64,000 bases of DNA, taken from positions 64,001 to 128,000 of IMG/VR virus record IMGVR_UViG_2595698649_000001. One strand, 5' to 3'. Numbering within the stretch: position 1 is the first letter of the stretch; every line of letters starts with the position of its first letter. Origin of the DNA: a virus. Its lineage: Duplodnaviria > Caudoviricetes. The position numbers and the translations under genes were made by a program. Shown here piece after piece: positions 55,247 through 64,000 of the stretch. A model generated the notes under the pieces. It was given only the letters and a program-made list of their open reading frames with translations. It did not search any database and was not told the DNA's origin.

Positions 55247-57562
55247 TTGTCCCAAATTAACGTCAAAAAAAGAAATGGTAGAGGGACAGAACCTCTTAAC
55301 TTAGAAAAAATACACTCCATGGTAGGTTATGCCTGTAAAGACTTATCAGGTGTATCTGAAAGTTTAGTAGAAATGAATAGTGGTATACAATTTACAGATG
55401 GTATTACTACAGATGATATACAACAAATTTTAATTAAGTCTGCTAGTGATTTAATTACATTAGAAAATCCTAATTATCAATATGTGGCAGCAAGACTATT
55501 ACTATTCAGTTTAAGAAAATCTTTATATCATAGACTATGGGAACTACCACACTTACAAAAGCATATTGAAACATGTATCAAACAAGAAGTTTACGATCCT
55601 GATATTTTAAAATGGTATGACAAAGAAGAAATAGACCAGATGAATGGTTTTATCAAACACGAAAGAGATTATCTATTTTCGTATGCAGGTATGAGACAAG
55701 TGCTTGATAAGTACCTTGTACAAGATAGAAGTTCAGGAGATATATTTGAAACACCACAATTCATGTATATGTTAATCTCTGCTACATTATTCAGAAATTA
55801 CTCAAAAGAAAAAAGGATGAGTTATGTTAAAAAATATTATAACGCAATATCAACCCACCTTATCAACATTCCTACTCCGGTCATGGCAGGTGTTAGGACT
55901 CCTATTCGCCAGTATGCTAGTTGTGTCCTTGTGGATGTTGATGATACTTTACCTAGTATCTTCTCTAGCGATATGGCTATTGGGTCATATGTTGCTCAAA
56001 GGGCTGGCATTGGTATCAATGCTGGCAGAATTAGGGGAATTAATAGTCGTATCCGTGGCGGAGAAGTTCAACATACCGGCGTTGTCCCATTTCTTAAAAA
56101 GTTTGAGGCAACGGTCAAGTGTTGTACACAAAACGGTGTTAGAGGCGGTTCAGCAACTGTACACTTTCCTATTTGGCACCAAGAAATAGAAGATATACTT
56201 GTTTTAAAAAACAATAAAGGTACGGAAGATAATAGAGTTAGAAAATTAGATTACTCTATACAATTATCAAAATTATTTTACGAAAGATTTATTAAGAATG
56301 AAGATATAACTTTATTCTCTCCACATGATGTGCCAGGTTTATATGACGCATTTGGTAAGGAAGAGTTTGACGAATTGTATGCTTCGTATGAAAGAAAAAC
56401 ATCTATAAAGAAAAAGAAAGTCAACGCACAAGATTTGTTTATGTCAATCTTAAAAGAAAGAGCAGAAACAGGTCGTATCTATATTATGAACATTGACCAT
56501 GTTAATACTCATTCATCTTTTAAAGATAAAGTAAACATGTCTAATCTATGCCAAGAGATTACATTACCAACAGAACCTATTAGTCACATTGACGGTGAAG
56601 GTGAGATTGCATTGTGTATTCTATCTGCTATCAATATGGGTGCAATTAATGATAAAGAAGAATTAGAAAACCTTTGTGATTTATCTGTAAGAGGACTAGA
56701 AGAAATAATTGACCATCAAAATTATCCTGTTATAGCGGCAGAAAAAAGTACAAAAGCAAGGCGTTCACTAGGTATTGGTTATATTGGTCTTGCTCATTTC
56801 TTAGCAAAGAACAAGGTTTCTTACGCCTCAAAAGAAGCCTGGAAGTTGGTGGACGAGTTTACTGAGGCATTTCAATACTATCTACTCAAAGCTTCCAATG
56901 AGATTGCAAAAGAAAAAGGACCATGTGAATACTTTAGTAGAACAAAATACTCAGATGGTATATTACCAATTGACACTTATAAAAAAGATGTTGATAATAT
57001 AGTTAAAAGAAAACTATCTTACAATTGGGAAAAGTTAAGAAAAGAAATACAAGAACATGGTTTAAGACATAGTACATTGTCAGCACAAATGCCAAGTGAA
57101 AGTTCAAGTGTTGTATCAAATGAAACAAATGGTATTGAACCACCAAGAGATTACTTGTCTATTAAGAAAAGTAAGAAAGGTCCTTTAAAACAAATTGTAC
57201 CAGGATATCCTAATATCAAAAACTTCTATACTCTATTATGGGAAATGCAAGGCAATGAAGGATACATTAATGTTGTTGCAGTAATGCAGAAATACTTTGA
57301 CCAAGCAATATCAGGTAACTGGTCTTACAATCCAGAACAGTTTGATGGCAACGAAGTGCCTCTTTCAGTAATGGCAAAAGATTTGTTGACTACATATAAA
57401 CTAGGATGGAAGACAAGTTATTATCAGAATACATATGATAGTAAGCGTGATGATGACGAACCTGCTCATAGTATAGGTGGTCCTGAACAAGAACTAAAAA
57501 CAAGAGAAGAATTTAATAGTAATGAAGAATACGAAGAATATTGCGAGAGTTGTGCCATATGA
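55247..57562 (+). CDS. nrdA: Ribonucleotide reductase class Ia alpha subunit
   Basis: ATP cone, PTPVMAG, SC, SNLCQEI, MPSESSS and C-terminal CESC; TTG start. Confidence 0.97.
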   Translation: MSQINVKKRNGRGTEPLNLEKIHSMVGYACKDLSGVSESLVEMNSGIQFTDGITTDDIQQILIKSASDLITLENPNYQYVAARLLLFSLRKSLYHRLWELPHLQKHIETCIKQEVYDPDILKWYDKEEIDQMNGFIKHERDYLFSYAGMRQVLDKYLVQDRSSGDIFETPQFMYMLISATLFRNYSKEKRMSYVKKYYNAISTHLINIPTPVMAGVRTPIRQYASCVLVDVDDTLPSIFSSDMAIGSYVAQRAGIGINAGRIRGINSRIRGGEVQHTGVVPFLKKFEATVKCCTQNGVRGGSATVHFPIWHQEIEDILVLKNNKGTEDNRVRKLDYSIQLSKLFYERFIKNEDITLFSPHDVPGLYDAFGKEEFDELYASYERKTSIKKKKVNAQDLFMSILKERAETGRIYIMNIDHVNTHSSFKDKVNMSNLCQEITLPTEPISHIDGEGEIALCILSAINMGAINDKEELENLCDLSVRGLEEIIDHQNYPVIAAEKSTKARRSLGIGYIGLAHFLAKNKVSYASKEAWKLVDEFTEAFQYYLLKASNEIAKEKGPCEYFSRTKYSDGILPIDTYKKDVDNIVKRKLSYNWEKLRKEIQEHGLRHSTLSAQMPSESSSVVSNETNGIEPPRDYLSIKKSKKGPLKQIVPGYPNIKNFYTLLWEMQGNEGYINVVAVMQKYFDQAISGNWSYNPEQFDGNEVPLSVMAKDLLTTYKLGWKTSYYQNTYDSKRDDDEPAHSIGGPEQELKTREEFNSNEEYEEYCESCAI

Positions 57563-58086
57563 TAATTAAAACTAATGTATTATACGAATTTACTAAAGGC
57601 GCAGATAAACTTATAGAGATATATGAAGCAGAGAAAGATTTAGTACAAGTTGATAAGTATGGTTACGATTATATTGATTGTACACAATTACCTGAAAAAT
57701 ATGATAGTGATACTGCCTTTATAGGTAAAATGGTTAGAGACCATGCACCACATATTAAATTGTTTGAACCTACAAAAGAGGGTTTAAGATTAGATTATAT
57801 TCAAATAAGAAAGTCTGTACCAGGTAATACAAAATATAAATGGAACGAAAAAGCATGGAACAAACTAGACATTCACATACCTATAAATAAGTCTGTTGGA
57901 GGTCAATATAGATTTTCTACATGTACTATAGGTTCACAACCAGGTGCTATGCTTATGTTCAATCCACTAGAAGATTGGTGGTCAGTTGACGAAACAAAAA
58001 ATATTCATTATAAACTAATATTAAGATTTAGAGACCTTGATAAAGAATTAAGGTATACAGGACAAAATTTAAATGACGAGGTTTAA
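57559..58086 (+). CDS. Hypothetical protein (degenerate double-stranded beta-helix oxygenase-like)
   Basis: Inserted between nrdA and nrdB; GGQYRF...GAMLMF pattern but no metal-binding HxD. Confidence 0.4.
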   Translation: MIIKTNVLYEFTKGADKLIEIYEAEKDLVQVDKYGYDYIDCTQLPEKYDSDTAFIGKMVRDHAPHIKLFEPTKEGLRLDYIQIRKSVPGNTKYKWNEKAWNKLDIHIPINKSVGGQYRFSTCTIGSQPGAMLMFNPLEDWWSVDETKNIHYKLILRFRDLDKELRYTGQNLNDEV

Positions 58087-58088
58087 GA

Positions 58089-58736
58089 ATGGCATACTTA
58101 ACTGTTAACATACCACACATAGATGTGTATGTAAAGAAAGAGTTTCTTTATGACAACGAAAAAGGTCATGGAGAATTAACTGAAGGAGTTTGGGTTACGG
58201 CAAAATCTATACAAGGTCGTGCCCTTTATTTTGAAACTTATCTACCAGAGTATGGTGCTCTGTATGACAAGTTACCTATTAGTGCGTTTGTATGGAAAAA
58301 AGATTATGGTGAAGATGTACCTTTAACTGAGTTACAGTTATGGGATTGTTTTAGTTATGATATATCAGTTATTGAAAAACAAATGTTATCAGGTAATCAA
58401 TGTAAGTATTTGTCACCAGGTAAAAAATGGTACAATGGTTGGTACATGTTTACAATAGATAATGCGAACAGTACAAACTTGGAAAGAAACATAACTTATA
58501 GTGAGATACCAAGTCAACACAAATCTTTTAATATTATAAAATTAAATAATGGACACTTTGCGGCTCAACCTAATAATAGAGTTATCTTTTATGATAAGAG
58601 TTTGTCGCCAAGTAAATTAAAGTTTCCAGACTTTAAAGTTTCTACACAAGAGTTTAGTGTAGAAGGCGACCTAAAGTGGACAGCAGGTGATAGTGATGAG
58701 TTTTTTTACGAACTAAAAGAAGGAGAAAATGAGTAA
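58089..58736 (+). CDS. Conserved phage hypothetical protein
   Basis: YVKKEFLYD, GALYDKLPISAF, LWDCFSY, HKSFN and AAQPNNR motifs. Confidence 0.65.
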   Translation: MAYLTVNIPHIDVYVKKEFLYDNEKGHGELTEGVWVTAKSIQGRALYFETYLPEYGALYDKLPISAFVWKKDYGEDVPLTELQLWDCFSYDISVIEKQMLSGNQCKYLSPGKKWYNGWYMFTIDNANSTNLERNITYSEIPSQHKSFNIIKLNNGHFAAQPNNRVIFYDKSLSPSKLKFPDFKVSTQEFSVEGDLKWTAGDSDEFFYELKEGENE

Positions 58737-59832
58737 GAGCGTTTACAATAAAAATCAAGTGGACTTTACAAAACAACCAATGTTTTTTGGAGAGGACAAT
58801 TCAGTACAAAGATATGATACATTTAAGTATCCTGTGTTTGATAAATTAACACAACATCAATTAGGTTTGTTTTGGCGACCAGAAGAAATATCTTTACAAA
58901 AAGATAGAAACGATTGGCAACAATTACGACCAGAACAAAAACATATCTTTACATCTAATCTAAGATATCAAACATTATTAGATAGTGTACAAGGTAGAGG
59001 ACCTAGTTTATCTTTCTTACCATTTTGTAGTTTACCTGAAATAGAAAGTCATATCTTAGTATGGGACTTTATGGAAAGTATTCATAGTAGAAGTTACACA
59101 TACATTATTAAAAATATTTACTCAGACCCTGGTGAAGTATTTGATAAAATTTTAACAGATAAGTATATCACAGAAAGAGCAGAAAGTGTTACAGCAACAT
59201 ATGATGATTTAATTGAACACGGACAAAGATGGTTACTTGATAAAAAAGGTAGCATGAAAGAACTAAAAAGAAAACTTTGGCGAGCGATAGTCAATGTAGC
59301 AATACTTGAAGGTATCCGTTTCTATGTTTCTTTTGCTTGTTCGTTTGCATTTGGTGAATTAAAACTTATGGAAGGTAGTGCAAAAATTATATCTTTGATT
59401 GCTAGAGACGAAAGTCAACACTTAGCAGGTTCTCAGCATATGATGAAACTTTATAAGAGTAAAGAAAACGATAAAGAAATGTTACAAGTAATTAAAGAAG
59501 AAGAAGAAAATACTATACAAGCATTTAAAGACGCCGTTGACCAAGAAAAGCGTTGGGCAAATTATCTATTTAAAGATGGTTCAATGATTGGTCTTAATGA
59601 TAAATTATTACATAACTATGTTGAGTTTATTGCTAACAAGAGAATGAGAGCAGTAGGATTAACGCCTATATATGACCAGTCAAGTACAAACAATCCATTA
59701 CCTTGGACTGAACATTGGCTAAATAGTCGTGGTTTACAAAATGCACCACAAGAAACAGAAATAGAAAGTTATGTTGTTGGAGGAATAAAACAAGATGTTA
59801 AAAAAGATACGTTTGAAGGATTTAAACTATGA
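58729..59832 (+). CDS. nrdB: Ribonucleotide reductase class Ia beta subunit
   Basis: FWRPEE, DSVQGR, ESIHSRSY, EGIRFYVSF, RDESQH and APQETE motifs. Confidence 0.97.
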   Translation: MSKSVYNKNQVDFTKQPMFFGEDNSVQRYDTFKYPVFDKLTQHQLGLFWRPEEISLQKDRNDWQQLRPEQKHIFTSNLRYQTLLDSVQGRGPSLSFLPFCSLPEIESHILVWDFMESIHSRSYTYIIKNIYSDPGEVFDKILTDKYITERAESVTATYDDLIEHGQRWLLDKKGSMKELKRKLWRAIVNVAILEGIRFYVSFACSFAFGELKLMEGSAKIISLIARDESQHLAGSQHMMKLYKSKENDKEMLQVIKEEEENTIQAFKDAVDQEKRWANYLFKDGSMIGLNDKLLHNYVEFIANKRMRAVGLTPIYDQSSTNNPLPWTEHWLNSRGLQNAPQETEIESYVVGGIKQDVKKDTFEGFKL

Positions 59833-59969
59833 TAATTTGTGAAAGCTGTGACGCTGAATTTAAAGTAAAAGTGCTTAATGAATTACCAGTTAAGTTTTGT
59901 CCGTGTTGTGGAGAAGCAATACATAATGACGCTGATTGGGAAGATGAAATAAAATATGAAGACGAGTAG
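59829..59969 (+). CDS. Small zinc-ribbon protein (46 aa, not in ORF track)
   Basis: MIICESCDAEF...FCPCCGE. Confidence 0.7.
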   Translation: MIICESCDAEFKVKVLNELPVKFCPCCGEAIHNDADWEDEIKYEDE

Positions 59970-60306
59970 TGCGAAAGCAAAAGGTAGAAATTTACAAAAA
60001 AGAGTAAGAGAAATACTAATAGAAAAACTAGACATACATCCAGAGGACATTGAAAGTCGTTCTATGGGTGCAGGTGGTGAAGACTTAATAATGGCACGAG
60101 CTGCCAGAGAAAAGTTTCCATATTCAATAGAGTGTAAGAACCAAGAGAAAGTAAATGTTTGGTCAGCATATGAACAAGCAAAAGATAACTCTGGCAAATA
60201 CGAACCTATTGCAGTAATCAAAAAGAACAATCAAAAACCTTTAGTAGTTATGGACTTAGAAGCATTTGTACAATTACATTTGCCTAAGACGGTAGAAGAT
60301 TTATGA
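59956..60306 (+). CDS. PD-(D/E)xK Holliday-junction-resolvase-like nuclease
   Basis: KAKGR..Q, GEDL and SIECKNQE motifs. Confidence 0.7.
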   Translation: MKTSSAKAKGRNLQKRVREILIEKLDIHPEDIESRSMGAGGEDLIMARAAREKFPYSIECKNQEKVNVWSAYEQAKDNSGKYEPIAVIKKNNQKPLVVMDLEAFVQLHLPKTVEDL

Positions 60307-60375
60307 TAGGTCTATTTTTTTTAGGAATACCTGTAACAGTATTAGCAATGTATATATTATTAAAAGCAAGGGAGG

Positions 60376-61020
60376 GTGATGATAATAACAGGAGTAGATA
60401 AGAACCATGAAGACATGGTTATCTGGTGGTATGAAAATGTTAAAAGACATAATCCAGATGTAAAAGTAGGCATATGGGATTTTGGTATGTCTATGCAAAT
60501 GAGAGAAGTAGTTAAAGGTATAGACGCATGGTTAAGTGACCCTATTACACACCCTAGTAACATAGGTTGGTTTAATAAAACAAGAGCAGTTATAGATACA
60601 CCAAGTCAATCAGTTGCATGGTTAGATGTAGATTGTGAAGTCTTAACAAACATAGAAGAAATATTTTCATTAGTGCCACCTAACATGATAGGTCTTACTA
60701 GAGATTGGGTAAGAGACAATTGGTGGGCAACTGGCGTTATAGTTGTTAATGATAGACCAGAATTACTCAAACATTGGAATGAAATGTTGTTAAAGACAGC
60801 AATCAGAGGCGACCAAGAAATGTTATTTGAAATAGTTGGTAAAGAAGTACATGATGAAATACAAGAATTGCCACAAGAATATCAATGGTTAAGAATATCA
60901 TTAAATAAAGGCGTAGATAGTCCAACTAAAAAGATTATTCACTGGACAGGACCTAAAGGTAAAAAATTTATAAGAGAACATTTGAAACAAGGTAGAAAGT
61001 ATAAAGGTGAAACTGTATGA
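60376..61020 (+). CDS. Glycosyltransferase (GT-A, GT8-like)
   Basis: WLDVD DxD motif, GDQE, IIHWTG. Confidence 0.75.
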   Translation: MMIITGVDKNHEDMVIWWYENVKRHNPDVKVGIWDFGMSMQMREVVKGIDAWLSDPITHPSNIGWFNKTRAVIDTPSQSVAWLDVDCEVLTNIEEIFSLVPPNMIGLTRDWVRDNWWATGVIVVNDRPELLKHWNEMLLKTAIRGDQEMLFEIVGKEVHDEIQELPQEYQWLRISLNKGVDSPTKKIIHWTGPKGKKFIREHLKQGRKYKGETV

Positions 61021-62108
61021 TAAATGAAAATACTATTTCTATATTAACACCTACAAGAAATAGACCTAACAATTGTGAAAGGTTTATTAAATCAATATAT
61101 GCAACAGCAAGTGATAAGACTAAGATAGAATTATTTTTTTATGTTGATAATAATGACCCAGCATTAGAACAATACAAATCTTTAGCTGCTCATTGTGATA
61201 GTGAATATAAAGATTTTAAAAAAGTAGATTTTACATTTGGTGAACCTAAAAGTGTTTCTCTTTCATGGAATGATTTAGCAGCTAAGAGTTCAGGTTATTT
61301 AATGATTATGGGTAATGATGATTTAATTTATAGAACTGCTAATTGGGATAGTTTACTCATACAAAATTTAGCAATAAGATATAAAGAGGATCCATATTGG
61401 GTTAGTTGGGTCAATGATGGTATCAATGCTGATAGACATTGTGCCTTTCCTATTATTGCAAGAGAGTGGTATAATACTGTAGGATATTTTGCACCTGGTT
61501 GTTTTCATTTTGGTTACAACGATACATGGGTATTTGATATTGCAAAGAGATTAGAAAGAACACATTATATTAATAACATACTTGTTGAACATATGCATTT
61601 TTCAAAAGGCAAAAGTGATATGGACGATACATATGCTCATAATAGAACAGGACCTAGAGGTAATCTATATCAAAAAGATAAAGGGATTATGTACCATGTA
61701 CATCAGGTAAATAGAAGAATAGAAGAAGCAGAAAAAATTAAACAAGAGATAAACAAGATAAAAGGTCCGTCTTTAAAAGCACAAGTGATTGAAGATATAC
61801 CTGAATATGAATTAGTATTTGTACAGAAACTACAAAAAGAATGGCAAGCTTCTTCACATAAACTAAAACAAGACCCATTAAAAGAACAGACAGAAAAATA
61901 TAATAAACTATGTGAGAGTATAAAAAAACATGGTATGAAATATCCTATTCTGATTGATGGCGAAAACAAAGTATTACGAGGCAATCAACGAGCATGGTAT
62001 TGTATTGATAATGATATTAAATATATTAGTGCTTATAGAATTAAAGATAGTGTTATAGATAAGTTTATTCAGAAAACATATATTGACGGTGACGAATACC
62101 CTCTATGA
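61017..62108 (+). CDS. GT2 glycosyltransferase fused to a C-terminal ParB/Srx-like domain
   Basis: ISILTPTRNRP, MGNDD and YNDTW motifs; C-terminal LCESIKKHGMKYPILID...LRGNQR. Confidence 0.75.
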   Translation: MINENTISILTPTRNRPNNCERFIKSIYATASDKTKIELFFYVDNNDPALEQYKSLAAHCDSEYKDFKKVDFTFGEPKSVSLSWNDLAAKSSGYLMIMGNDDLIYRTANWDSLLIQNLAIRYKEDPYWVSWVNDGINADRHCAFPIIAREWYNTVGYFAPGCFHFGYNDTWVFDIAKRLERTHYINNILVEHMHFSKGKSDMDDTYAHNRTGPRGNLYQKDKGIMYHVHQVNRRIEEAEKIKQEINKIKGPSLKAQVIEDIPEYELVFVQKLQKEWQASSHKLKQDPLKEQTEKYNKLCESIKKHGMKYPILIDGENKVLRGNQRAWYCIDNDIKYISAYRIKDSVIDKFIQKTYIDGDEYPL

Positions 62109-62827
62109 TATATGCTCTATATAGAATCCACTATGGATTAGATTTCTTAGAAAAATCAATTAACTCAATCATTGATGATGTTGATATGATTTTTATATAC
62201 TGGTCTAAACAACCTTGGTATAAAGGTTGTAAAGATTTACCACCTATGAATGAGAATGTAAAAGAGTATTGCAAAAGATGGAATGGTAAAGTAAATGTTA
62301 TAGAAAGAGAATTTGACCTACCATCAGGACAATATACTCAAATGTATGCAGACATGATTATAGGTCATACAATACCAAAAAAAGTATTGATGATGGAACC
62401 TGATATGGTGTGGGACAAAGAACAATTAAAAAAAGCATTAGAACTAACAGATCCAGAAATTTCATTTAAACAAATAGAATTTTGGAAGAATGAAGAATGG
62501 TATATAAAAAGAACTAGAGAAAGACCAGGACCTACATTGTATAATCAGGCACCAGGTCTTACAGGTAAAGGTACTGCTACGAATACACATCTGATAAATA
62601 ATAATATATATTGTTATAATTATGGATTTTGTTTAAGCAAAGAAGTGATGAAGTATAAGTTTGAAGTCGCCATACAATCATCCAAACATTATAAAGATAG
62701 TATACCTTCTAAAGATTGGTATGAAAAGAAATGGTTAAACTGGACACCAGAGACGGAAGATTTAGAAATGTCAGAAGCACATAAACACTACATTAAAAAG
62801 GCACTACCATATGGCACTAAAGATTAA
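62105..62827 (+). CDS. GT-A-like glycosyltransferase
   Basis: FLEKSINSIIDDVD start; MEPDMVW in the DxD-equivalent position. Confidence 0.55.
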   Translation: MIYALYRIHYGLDFLEKSINSIIDDVDMIFIYWSKQPWYKGCKDLPPMNENVKEYCKRWNGKVNVIEREFDLPSGQYTQMYADMIIGHTIPKKVLMMEPDMVWDKEQLKKALELTDPEISFKQIEFWKNEEWYIKRTRERPGPTLYNQAPGLTGKGTATNTHLINNNIYCYNYGFCLSKEVMKYKFEVAIQSSKHYKDSIPSKDWYEKKWLNWTPETEDLEMSEAHKHYIKKALPYGTKD

Positions 62828-64000
62828 AGATTACGAACCAGTTAGAGTACATACTAAAGAAGGTTCTGAAATAGGTCTCTATAAAAAATTAACAGAAGCA
62901 GGTACTCAATATGTTATCTATAGACATGCTGCCAGAGGTAAGATTAAAAACTTTGTTGGTAATTATGAATACATTGATAACAATAATGTATCACATTTAA
63001 AACCTATAGACTTAGAATACGGTAATAAAATTTTAGATAGAGTAGAACAAGGAATGAAATATTCCAATATCTATATTTTCTATGATGTAAAAAGTGAAGA
63101 TACAAAATTACCAGATGAACCAAGTGAACAAGAACATAAATTTACATCTACAGGTATTAAATGGTGGCGACACCAAGAAGCAATGTTTAATTACAAATCT
63201 GGTAATCCTAATACAGTTATTTCTACACACATAAGTCCTGAAGGTGCATGTAATCTTAAATGCCCATATTGTAGTGTAACATATAGAGATACACATACAA
63301 GAATAGATTTAGATACAATCAAAGACTATGTAACAAAATTAAAAACAAGAGGACTGAAAGCAGTAATATTAACTGGTGGTGGTGAACCTACTGCTTATAA
63401 ACACTTCAATGAATTAGTGCGTTGGTTATATGGCGAAGGATTAGAAGTGGCACTTATTAGTAATGGTAGTAAACAATATTGGAAACGAATAGACGAAGAT
63501 GTATGTAAAATGTTTAGTTGGGTTAGAATATCAATTAATGTATTTACAGATTGGGAAAACAGAATTGGTTTACCATTAGAAAAATTTGATATGAATAAAA
63601 CGATTGTAGGTAACTCAATGGTTTATACAGTAGAACACGAACTATCAGACGAAGTAATGGCAGATAGAGTTGGGTTACTAGATAAAGTTTCTAAAGTGGC
63701 AGACGCTTGTGGTAGTAAGTATATAAGATTATTACCTAACTGTTTATTAGAACAAGAGAATTTAATTAGACAACATAAAAGTTTAGACAATGTATTGTCA
63801 CAGGTGACAGATACAAGATTTTTTCATCAATACAAAATACATGGAGCACCTAAAACACCAACATGTCATCAATCATATTTCAGACCTTATCTAAGTGAAG
63901 AAATACATAAAGAGACAGGTAAACCAGGTACTGTTTATCCTTGTGATAGCGTTGTATTGAATGATAACTATGAACACTTTGCTGAAGAATATCAGTTATG
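62811..64000 (+). CDS. Radical SAM protein with SPASM/twitch-like tail (runs off window)
   Basis: ATG 62811; HISPEGACNLKCPYCS, LTGGGEP, TCHQ...GTVYPC. Confidence 0.85.
   Translation, partial: MALKIKDYEPVRVHTKEGSEIGLYKKLTEAGTQYVIYRHAARGKIKNFVGNYEYIDNNNVSHLKPIDLEYGNKILDRVEQGMKYSNIYIFYDVKSEDTKLPDEPSEQEHKFTSTGIKWWRHQEAMFNYKSGNPNTVISTHISPEGACNLKCPYCSVTYRDTHTRIDLDTIKDYVTKLKTRGLKAVILTGGGEPTAYKHFNELVRWLYGEGLEVALISNGSKQYWKRIDEDVCKMFSWVRISINVFTDWENRIGLPLEKFDMNKTIVGNSMVYTVEHELSDEVMADRVGLLDKVSKVADACGSKYIRLLPNCLLEQENLIRQHKSLDNVLSQVTDTRFFHQYKIHGAPKTPTCHQSYFRPYLSEEIHKETGKPGTVYPCDSVVLNDNYEHFAEEYQL

Noticed and set aside
448-63296. All minus-strand ORFs in the six-frame track
   Set aside because: Short shadows of well-supported plus-strand genes, with no recognisable motifs.
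1-64000. Stop-codon recoding, introns or inteins in gp17, gp43, gp41, nrdA/B
   Set aside because: Core genes are full length and uninterrupted under the standard bacterial code; no suppressor tRNA was seen.

Overview
AT-rich 64-kb segment of a T4-like myovirus genome, with essentially all genes on the + strand. A marine proteobacterial host is inferred from bS21, Hsp20, CobS-like AAA/VWA, a halogenase and many 2OG-Fe(II) oxygenases. Gene order: halogenase; gp17-gp23 head/tail block; gp3, uvsY/uvsW, gp55, gp47/46; a putative DNA-modification cassette (T4 beta-glucosyltransferase-like, JmjC oxygenase, DUF4338/DruA-like); VWA-peptidase plus CobS AAA; an atypical tRNA-Gly(ACC), bS21, a triple-hairpin RNA candidate and a ROSE-like thermometer before hsp20; replisome (gp45/44/62, regA, gp43, second DUF4338, uvsX, gp41); a ~13-kb late cluster; spanin/lysis genes; primase; nrdAB; a glycosyltransferase/radical SAM island. 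Many proteins in the late cluster carry N-termini resembling T4 capsid-targeting sequences, and the cluster includes an Rnl1-like ligase, a P-loop kinase, a nucleotidyltransferase, a HAD phosphatase and a nuclease. Five genes are broken by one-base shortfalls at A-runs, probably long-read errors. The two most promising hypotheses are (1) a capsid-packaged, injected nucleic-acid repair/enzyme cargo and (2) a DNA hypermodification system pairing a BGT-like enzyme and two GNAT-like DUF4338 proteins, possibly with a dedicated tRNA-Gly. All family calls come from motif recognition by eye; no searches were run.
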